Source: an uncultured Gemmatimonadaceae bacterium
GTDB taxonomy: Bacteria; Gemmatimonadota; Gemmatimonadetes; Gemmatimonadales; GWC2-71-9
Length of the DNA stretch: 64,000 bases
NCBI GenBank assembly: GCA_964571795.1
Contig: CAZNDK010000012.1
Span: 2,029-66,028, forward strand
Direction: 5' to 3'
The number at the start of each line of letters is the position of its first letter. Positions within the stretch are counted from its first letter, which is position 1. The notes beneath the pieces were generated by a model. That model saw only the letters and a list, made by a program, of their open reading frames with translations, did not search any database and was not told the origin of the DNA. The position numbers were made by a program, and so were the translations under genes. Positions 54,851-61,687 of the stretch are shown here, in pieces.

Positions 54851-55750
54851 CTACGGGATCCGGCTCCCGCGGCCAACCACCCTGTCTCCAGGCCCCCGGA
54901 TTTCGAATCCGGTCGCCCGCCCGTCCGCGAGCGCGAACTCGAAGACGAGGTCGGTCACTTCGTCGAAGATCGCGCCGTCCACTAGGGCCGCGGGGCGGAA
55001 CCAGGTGTCGGCGAGCGGGAGGAAGAGGAGGTGCTTCCACACGTCGAACGGTGGACGAGCCCACTCGCCAAGCATCCGGCCGTTCGCGTAGGACAGCACC
55101 AGCCCCGGCGTATCGCCGGCGGTCGGCGCGGGTGCCGGAGCCGCGGCGGCCGTCGGGCCGAAGATGATCGCGTAGTTGCCGGTGTACCTCCCCGCGACAT
55201 CTTCGGGAACGGGAGGCGGGGGTACCACCGGCACCATGATACGGAGCGTCACCGACTTGCCTGCCCACGCCATGCGCAGGCTGCAGCCCGCCGACGTGAC
55301 CTCGGTGAAGGACCAGGTCAGCAGGTCGGGCCCGCTGAGGTCCTCCGGTGTCACCGCAAACCGCACCTGGGCGCTGTCGGGTTTCGGGGGGTTGGTGTGG
55401 AAGGCCTTCACCTTCGTGTCGAGAATGACCGTCCATTCCGTCGGCTGCACTTCCATCCACACCGAATAGGTGCCCTTCGGGAGCGCGCGGCCGTTCACCA
55501 CCACGTCCTTGTCGACCTCGAGCGTGGTGGCCCAGTTGGCCCCCGGCGTCCAGACCTTGCCCCACGGAATGACCGCCCCGAACACCGGGGACCGCCCGCG
55601 CGCCTGCGGCCGGCCGTAGTCCACGGTGATTCGCGTTCCGTTCACCACCTGGTACACGCCGGCGCGCTCGCTGGCGCGGACCTGCGCGGCCAGGGGGGAG
55701 GCGGCCCCGAGGGCGATCACGGTGAGGCAGCACAGACGAGAGAGAGGCAT
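54851..55750 (-). CDS. DUF2911 domain protein, copy 3
   Basis: The last 299 aa of ORF 54851-56167. ATG 55750 gives MPLSRLCCLTVIALGAASPLAAQ. Same motifs as the other copies. Tail: ...EFALADGRATGFEIRG. Confidence 0.85.
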   Translation of the reverse strand: MPLSRLCCLTVIALGAASPLAAQVRASERAGVYQVVNGTRITVDYGRPQARGRSPVFGAVIPWGKVWTPGANWATTLEVDKDVVVNGRALPKGTYSVWMEVQPTEWTVILDTKVKAFHTNPPKPDSAQVRFAVTPEDLSGPDLLTWSFTEVTSAGCSLRMAWAGKSVTLRIMVPVVPPPPVPEDVAGRYTGNYAIIFGPTAAAAPAPAPTAGDTPGLVLSYANGRMLGEWARPPFDVWKHLLFLPLADTWFRPAALVDGAIFDEVTDLVFEFALADGRATGFEIRGPGDRVVGRGSRIP

Positions 55751-55778
55751 GAAGGCTCCGTTCAGCGGTTGACCGCGG

Positions 55779-56186
55779 TCACCCGTATCGGGCGTCGATG
55801 GCGGCCCGGATTTCGTCGAGGGTCTTCCCCTGGCCGTGGAGTCGGGCCGCCAGGCGACCCTCGCCCTGGCAGATTTCGCACATCCGGGCCATGCCGGCGT
55901 TCTCGTAGCACGACAACAGGGAGTAGAAGCCGGGGAGGTCGGCGCAGCCGCACTGGCAGCGGATGCCGTCGACGATCTGCGGCACTTGCCGCACCGCCTG
56001 GAAGGCCGATGCGCAGGCCGGAAAGTCCACCAGCGCGGAGTCGGGAAGCACGTTGGCGGCCGTGATGCCGGGGCGAGGCGTGGGATGCCCCGGGCCCCGC
56101 CGGGCGGCGCCCCACAATGGCTGCGCCGTGGCCGCGCCCACCGCGGCCGTACCGCAGCAGGCCGCAATGAATTGACGCCGGGACAT
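55779..56186 (-). CDS. Cys-rich protein with a twin-arginine (Tat) signal, PCYCGC-motif-like
   Basis: The last 135 aa of ORF 55779-57080; the rest of that ORF is antisense to the kinase. ATG 56186 gives MSRRQFIAACCGTAAVGAATA (an SRRxFI Tat motif). The mature region has 7 Cys: FPAC, IRCQCGC, LLSC, MCEIC. It ends LDEIRAAIDARYG. Confidence 0.75.
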   Translation of the reverse strand: MSRRQFIAACCGTAAVGAATAQPLWGAARRGPGHPTPRPGITAANVLPDSALVDFPACASAFQAVRQVPQIVDGIRCQCGCADLPGFYSLLSCYENAGMARMCEICQGEGRLAARLHGQGKTLDEIRAAIDARYG

Positions 56187-56260
56187 GCCGCTCGGGTGCC
56201 TCAGGCGACCTCCAACGAGAATGACTCGGGAATCTTTGGAAGATATGGGGCGCGGGCTCG

Positions 56261-59200
56261 TCACGCGAGTTCCACCACCACGACGGTGCCCCGCCCCTCC
56301 CGGCTCTCGACGCCGACCGTTCCGCCCCACCCCTCCACCAGGCGACGCACGATCGCGAGTCCCAACCCCGACCCGCTGGTCGTCGTGGAAAAGCGCGGCT
56401 CGAAGATCCGGGGCAGCAGCTCCTCCGGAATGCCGCGTCCGTCGTCCCGCACCTCGAGCCGCCGCGGCGCAACGCGCACGATGATCCGCCCGGCGCCCGC
56501 CTGGCGGGCGTTTTCGAGCAGGTTGACCAGCACTTCGCGAATCTCGTCGGGGCGCGCCCGTCCCCAGGCCTCGCCGTCCGTCTCGAGCACCACCTCCGTC
56601 CCCTCCCCCGCCAGCCGATAGAGCTGGACCACCTCGGTGGCCACGGGCCCGAGCTGCATGCGGTCGGGCGCGATGCCCGGACCCGCGGGCGCGCCGAACC
56701 GGCTGAAGGCGCGCGCGATGGTGTCGAGCCGCTCGATTTCCGCCAGGATCCGATCCGAGGTCTCCTCGAGCGCCGGCCCCAGCGCGTCGGGCCGCTCGCG
56801 GTGCACTCGGCGCAGGTGCTGGATGCCGAGTCGCATCGGGGTGAGCGGGTTCTTGATCTCGTGCGCCACCTGCCTCGCCATCTCGCCCCACGCCAGCACC
56901 CGCTCGGCGCGTGACAGTTCGGTGATGTCGTTGAGGGCGAGCACCGCCCCGCCGATGTCGTCGCTGAGCGGGGCCAGGGCCACCGCAAGCCGGTGCGTGC
57001 CGTCCTCGAGCTCGGCCTGGCTGAGCGCGGCGTCGGGCCGCGCGAGAAAGGCCGTGACCGCCTCCGCCAGCGTGGGCCACTCCCCATGGAGGGCCGCCCG
57101 GAAGTCGGTGCCGACGGCCAGCGGCTTCCCGAGGAGTTCCTCCGCCCGGGGATTGGCGACGAGGACGGTTCCGTCGGGCCCGATGCCGACGACCCCGGTC
57201 GAGACGGTGGACAGCACCGCCGCGGTCGTGCGGCGCGATTCCTCAAGCGCCACGCGGCTCTGCCGAATGTCGTCGGCCATGCGGCCGAAGGCGGCGACCA
57301 CCGGCTCGAACTCCGGCGGCGGGGTGCCGCTCTGTTCCGGCAGCGGCGCGCCCCGCCCGAGGGCAAGCGCCGAGCGCCGAAGGTCCGCCACCGGCCGGGC
57401 AAGCGCCTCTGCGACCTGCCTCGCGGCCACCAGCGCACCCGCGAGGCCGAGCAGCGTGGCCAGGAGCAGCAACCACCCGAGGTCGGCCTGGCTCGCCGCC
57501 AGCCGAAGCGCGTCCGAGCCGCGCGGGGCGGCAAGCACGACCATCTGCCCGGGATCGCCGGGACGCTCCACACGGTACCCGATCCGTCCACCCCGCCCCA
57601 GCAACGGCTCCGGCGCGGCCGATTCGACCTCTCCCCCGAACGCCAGCGAACGGAAGGCCGCCGGATCCTGTAGCGGGGCGAGCACGCCGAGGTCGGCCAG
57701 CACCGAGTCGGTCGCGGCCACCCGCGAGCCCCCGTGGTACAGCGCGAGCTCCGCGCGGTAGCGCGCCCCAAGCTCGTCGAGGCCGGTCGTGGCGGGCCCC
57801 TGGCCCTCGGCGGCGGCGCCCCGGGCCGCAACCACATCGCGTAAGACCTGCGTGATCGCTTCGTCGCGCTGCTGCTCCGCTTCCCGGTCGAGCCGGGAGA
57901 GTTCCCAGAAGGCGAATCCCACCGCCGGGATCAGGAAGAACCCGGCCAGCGCGATCGCGACCCTGACCCGGAATGACCTGCCGAGGCGCCGCCAGCCCGG
58001 CATGGCGAGCGGCATGCCGGCGATCGCCTCGGCGAGGAGCCAGATGAGGGCGAGCGCCGCCGCGTCCAGCGCCACGACGAGCGCGCCCCGGACGAGGAGC
58101 GGGAATGGCCCGCGGAGATCCACCTCCGCGTGGGTGAGGCGCACTCCGTCCACCGATTGCACCGCACGCTCTCCGTGGATGACCCACCCCTCGCGCCGCC
58201 AGCGCAGCCGGCGCGTATCGGGCTCCAGTCCCGGCGTCGGCGGCGAGAGCGTCATCCGGTAGGGCGCACCGTCGAGCGCGGCAGGATTGAGCAACGCGCC
58301 GAGCCGGTCGGGCACCAGCAGCCGGGTCTTCGGCCCGAGCGCCACCGTGAGGAGGTCGCCTGTCGCGAGGCGGACCGCCAGCAGCTGGTACACCCCCGGC
58401 ACGCCCGGCACCGTGAACACCCGTTGCGAGTCGGCGGGGCCGAGCGCGAGCGCCGCACGGTTGAGTTCCGAATCCGGCAGGGTGAGCGAGTCCAGGCCCA
58501 GGGCCGCGCGTGCGGTACCGTCCGGCCGCGAGAGGGCGAGCCTCGCTGGATAAGCCTCGAGCCCGGCGCGGGCCTGGAACCATCGCGCGTAGAGCTGTGA
58601 CGCGTCCGCCGGCGGCGGCCCGAGCCGGAGCTTCGTCCCGGCCCGGTCGAGCAGCGGGATGACGACCGGGTCGACCAGGATCCCCTGCCGCATTGCGTCC
58701 TGCTGGGCCATCTCCAGCCGGCTCTCGACGGTGGCGCCCCACGTGAGGAGCGCCGCCGCGCTGCCGGCCACGGCCGCGATCCCGCCGATCGCCGCACCCC
58801 GGTTGGCGGGGCGCGCCACCAGCAGCAACCCCGGAAGCCAGAGATAGCTGTACCACCAGTCCCACCCGTTGCCCGGGTGCCAGGCGTAGAGTCCCGCCCC
58901 GGCCGCCACGAAGGTGAGCGCCACACCCAGCCATACCGACGTGGACCGGCCATGGGCGGCCGGTGCGCCCCGGAAGAGGGCCGCCGCGATGACGGCGGGG
59001 GCCATGGCGGCCATCGCCAGCGTGAGTTGCCAGCCGAGCCAGAGCCCGAGGGTCACTCCGGCGGGAGGGGGCGTGATGCCGCGGGCCAGGTACCGAAGCA
59101 CGACTGGCGCGCCCAGGAGCAGCAGGATTCCGAGCGGCAGCGAGAACCACCGGCGGCGCGGCGGCCGGTTCCACAGCGCCACGGCCAGGAGCGTCGCGAG

Positions 59201-60244
59201 GAATGCGAGGGCGGCGAGCGCGCCCGCCGAGCGGCTCAATGGCCCCAGGGCGGGGCGGAAGAAGGCGATCGGCGAAAAGAACAGGTCGAACCCGAGCGCC
59301 TCCCCCACCGGCGCGCGTGCCAGCGCGGCCACGCCGAGCGCGAGCACCCCGTAGCGCGCGAGGGCGCTGCGTGCGGCCAGCCCCATGAGCACGACCGCGA
59401 GGGCGAGGAGCCAGCCGACCGCCCGGGTGCCCCGAGCCAACGTTGCGGCGGTGGCGTCGCCCAGCGCGGGGGGCACCGGCTCCACGCTGAACAGGAGCCG
59501 GGGGCCCGCCGTGGTCGGCTCGGTGTAGTCGAATACATCGGGAAGGTCGGGCGCGGTCCCCGCGGGGTAGACCCGGAGGCCGACTCCGGTGCGGGCACGG
59601 AAGTTCTCGGTGACGGATTGCACCCGTTCCGGGACGGCGGGCGATGCCCACACGACGACCGTGCCCACGGCGCGGCGTCCGTCGGGCGCATCGCGGGCCA
59701 CTTCGAGCACGAGATAGAAGGGATTGTCGACGGTGGAGACCGGGCGGCCGTCGCCCCGGGGTGGCAGGCGGTGCGAGCCGGCCCACGCCTGGACGCGGCC
59801 TCCCTCACCCAGCAGCGCCACGCCGGCCTCGATGGGCGCGCCGGCCACCGCCCGTTCCAGCGCGGCGAAGGCGGCTTCCGGGTCGGCCGGGGCGGCGCTG
59901 GCCACGTCGGCGAGGCGGCTGGCCAGCAGGAAGGCGGCGTGGAGGTCGCCGGCCAGGCGATCGGTGGCACGCTGCACCCGTGCAGCCTGGATGGCCGGCC
60001 AGTGACGCTCCACCTGGTCAAGCCGCCAGGCGGTGACGAGCGGCGCGAGCGCCAGCATCGCCAGCGTGAGGCCCACCGCGCGCGGTCGCCATCCGCCCCA
60101 TGGCCGCAGGCCCGGGACGGCGACCAGCGCGCCCACGCAACCGACCACGATCCACCCCGTCGCGGGCGCGCGCAGCCACTCCCCGGCAGCGAGGACCGTC
60201 AGGGCGGCTCCGGGGAGCCACCAGCGGAGCGAGGAGCGGTTCAC
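56261..60244 (-). CDS. Large polytopic sensor histidine kinase (NtrY-like transmitter)
   Basis: 1327 aa, GTG start. Order of parts: N-terminal TM segments, a periplasmic segment, a block of about 8 TM helices, a second extracytoplasmic segment, TM, HAMP, PAS, the H-box HEIKNPLTPM (His codon 56861-56863), then HATPase motifs (LVNLLENARQAG, RDDGRGIPEE, SGSGLGLAIVRR). Confidence 0.9.
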   Translation of the reverse strand: MNRSSLRWWLPGAALTVLAAGEWLRAPATGWIVVGCVGALVAVPGLRPWGGWRPRAVGLTLAMLALAPLVTAWRLDQVERHWPAIQAARVQRATDRLAGDLHAAFLLASRLADVASAAPADPEAAFAALERAVAGAPIEAGVALLGEGGRVQAWAGSHRLPPRGDGRPVSTVDNPFYLVLEVARDAPDGRRAVGTVVVWASPAVPERVQSVTENFRARTGVGLRVYPAGTAPDLPDVFDYTEPTTAGPRLLFSVEPVPPALGDATAATLARGTRAVGWLLALAVVLMGLAARSALARYGVLALGVAALARAPVGEALGFDLFFSPIAFFRPALGPLSRSAGALAALAFLATLLAVALWNRPPRRRWFSLPLGILLLLGAPVVLRYLARGITPPPAGVTLGLWLGWQLTLAMAAMAPAVIAAALFRGAPAAHGRSTSVWLGVALTFVAAGAGLYAWHPGNGWDWWYSYLWLPGLLLVARPANRGAAIGGIAAVAGSAAALLTWGATVESRLEMAQQDAMRQGILVDPVVIPLLDRAGTKLRLGPPPADASQLYARWFQARAGLEAYPARLALSRPDGTARAALGLDSLTLPDSELNRAALALGPADSQRVFTVPGVPGVYQLLAVRLATGDLLTVALGPKTRLLVPDRLGALLNPAALDGAPYRMTLSPPTPGLEPDTRRLRWRREGWVIHGERAVQSVDGVRLTHAEVDLRGPFPLLVRGALVVALDAAALALIWLLAEAIAGMPLAMPGWRRLGRSFRVRVAIALAGFFLIPAVGFAFWELSRLDREAEQQRDEAITQVLRDVVAARGAAAEGQGPATTGLDELGARYRAELALYHGGSRVAATDSVLADLGVLAPLQDPAAFRSLAFGGEVESAAPEPLLGRGGRIGYRVERPGDPGQMVVLAAPRGSDALRLAASQADLGWLLLLATLLGLAGALVAARQVAEALARPVADLRRSALALGRGAPLPEQSGTPPPEFEPVVAAFGRMADDIRQSRVALEESRRTTAAVLSTVSTGVVGIGPDGTVLVANPRAEELLGKPLAVGTDFRAALHGEWPTLAEAVTAFLARPDAALSQAELEDGTHRLAVALAPLSDDIGGAVLALNDITELSRAERVLAWGEMARQVAHEIKNPLTPMRLGIQHLRRVHRERPDALGPALEETSDRILAEIERLDTIARAFSRFGAPAGPGIAPDRMQLGPVATEVVQLYRLAGEGTEVVLETDGEAWGRARPDEIREVLVNLLENARQAGAGRIIVRVAPRRLEVRDDGRGIPEELLPRIFEPRFSTTTSGSGLGLAIVRRLVEGWGGTVGVESREGRGTVVVVELA

Positions 60245-60246
60245 CC

Positions 60247-60259
60247 GCGTATTATACGC
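60247..60259. promoter_or_regulatory. Perfect 13-bp palindrome gcgtatTatacgc supplying overlapping -10 boxes to both divergent genes
   Basis: It fills most of the 18-nt gap between GTG 60244 (kinase, minus) and ATG 60263 (creatininase-family, plus). The plus strand has TATTAT (60250-60255), 7 nt before the ATG. The minus strand has TATAAT (60256-60251), 6 nt before the GTG. There is no room for a Shine-Dalgarno on either side. Confidence 0.4.
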
Positions 60260-60262
60260 ATA

Positions 60263-60916
60263 ATGAGTCCGACCACGCCCTGGCGGCTGAAGGAGTTACC
60301 CCCGGAGGAGGTGGCGCGCTGCCTGGCCCGCCGGCCAGCGCTCATCGTCCCCGTGGGGTCCACCGAGCAGCACGGCGCGCATCTTCCCCTGGGCATCGAT
60401 ACCATCCTGGTGGAGCGGCTCGCCGACGATCTCTCCGCCCGCTTCGGCGTGCTGCGCGCGCCGGCGGTGGAATACGGCGCCAACCGCGATCCGCACCGGC
60501 CGCGGCCCGGCAGCGCGCCGCTCGGCCGGAAGACGCTTCACCGGCTGATGAACGAGCTGATCGAGGCGTGGGAGGTCGGCAGCGGCGTGCGGGAGTTCGT
60601 ACTGGTCACCGCCGAGGGCCACGAAGCGCACCAGGAGGCGCTGAGCACGCTGCTCGTCAAGCACGCGCGGGTGCAGGTCGTGGACATCTTCTCGATCGAC
60701 TTCGGCGACCTGCTCGAGGCGCCCGGGATGCCAGCGCACGGCGGGGAGCTCGACACCTCCCTGCTGCTGCACCTCGCGCCGTCGCTGGTGCGGGTCGAAC
60801 TCGCCCGGGATACCGCCATCGCGCGGCCGTCCCTCGCCACCGCCGAAAAGGGGGCGCGATTGTACCAGTACATCCTGGACCGCATCGCGGTCCGCTGCCT
60901 GAACCCGGAGTCCTGA
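60263..60916 (+). CDS. Creatininase (creatinine amidohydrolase) family protein
   Basis: The last 217 aa of ORF 58877-60916. ATG 60263 gives MSPTTPWRLKELPPEEVARCLARRPALIVPVGSTEQHGAHLPLGIDT (family signature GSxEQHGxHLPL) and ...HGGELDTS. Confidence 0.88.
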   Translation: MSPTTPWRLKELPPEEVARCLARRPALIVPVGSTEQHGAHLPLGIDTILVERLADDLSARFGVLRAPAVEYGANRDPHRPRPGSAPLGRKTLHRLMNELIEAWEVGSGVREFVLVTAEGHEAHQEALSTLLVKHARVQVVDIFSIDFGDLLEAPGMPAHGGELDTSLLLHLAPSLVRVELARDTAIARPSLATAEKGARLYQYILDRIAVRCLNPES

Positions 60917-61551
60917 TGCGCACGTCGCTCACGCTCCTCCTGGCGTCGCTCTGCGCCGCCCCGCTCGCTGCCCAGCAGGGCGACCGGGGCGTCTTCGACA
61001 TACAGCGCGGCGAAACACCGCTTGGCCGCGAGGAGTTCTCGGTGCAGGCGGGCGCCGGCGGCGGCACCAGCGGGTCGACCATCGCCTCGCTGGCCCGGTA
61101 TCCCGGCAGCCGCCCGACGGTGCAGATCCAGGCGGTCCTGGAGCGCAACGCCACCGGGGCGGTGACGGCGCTGCAGTTCGACACCCGGCAGGCAAGCGGG
61201 TTGAGCAAGGTCTACGGCGCGGCGCTGCAGGACAACCTGACCATCCGCCAGACGACGCCGGCCGCGGAATCGGTGCGCGAGTACCCGCGCGCCACCGGCA
61301 TCGTGATCCTGGACGACAGCGTCTTCGCGCTCTACCAGGTGGTGGTCGAGAAGTCGACAACGGCGGGAGCGCGGCTTCCGGTGCTCTTTCCGCGGACGGG
61401 CCGGCGGGGACAACTCACGGCCACCCGCTCGGCGCCGACCACGGTCGAAATCACCGGCGTCGTGAGCGGCACGTTGACCTTGGACGCGGGGGGCCGGCTC
61501 ATGCAGGTGCTCCTCTCGGACGGTGTTTCCGCCATCAGGCAGGCGCGCTAA
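60916..61551 (+). CDS. Exported hypothetical protein
   Basis: The last 211 aa of ORF 60100-61551. ATG 60916 overlaps the preceding TGA. Signal peptide MRTSLTLLLASLCAAPLAAQ. Beta-rich, ordinary composition. I recognise no family. Confidence 0.7.
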   Translation: MRTSLTLLLASLCAAPLAAQQGDRGVFDIQRGETPLGREEFSVQAGAGGGTSGSTIASLARYPGSRPTVQIQAVLERNATGAVTALQFDTRQASGLSKVYGAALQDNLTIRQTTPAAESVREYPRATGIVILDDSVFALYQVVVEKSTTAGARLPVLFPRTGRRGQLTATRSAPTTVEITGVVSGTLTLDAGGRLMQVLLSDGVSAIRQAR

Positions 61552-61623
61552 AGGTCGCGTTCTCTCCGCAAGTCGTTGCCGCGTAACAGTTTTCCCGCCG
61601 TTCGTCCCAAGCTGAAACTTGCG

Positions 61624-61647
61624 GCGGGCCCCCTCCGTAAGGCCCGC
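61624..61647 (+). terminator. Hairpin after the exported hypothetical gene (weak terminator candidate)
   Basis: gcgggcc (61624-61630) pairs with ggcccgc (61641-61647), a 7-bp stem with a 10-nt loop. No U-tract. Confidence 0.25.
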
Positions 61648-61687
61648 ACGCTTCACTAATACCGCTCGAAAACACTGGGGAACTTTC

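Larger units (their letters stand above)
52943..55750 (-). repeat. Tandem array of three paralogous DUF2911-family genes
   Basis: Three head-to-tail genes share long identical peptide blocks. They also share DNA strings: gtggcccagttggcgcccgg at 53616 and 54542, and the same string with one mismatch at 55527. Confidence 0.85.

Noticed and set aside
55762-60262. ORFs 55762-57837 (-), 57243-59786 (-), 56637-57761 (+) and the first 462 codons of 58877-60916 (+) overlapping the histidine kinase gene
   Set aside because: These are out-of-frame or antisense reads. Only the kinase frame gives TM helices, HAMP/PAS and H/N/G boxes. Only the last 217 codons of 58877-60916 (creatininase family) and the last 135 of 55779-57080 (Tat protein) look real.
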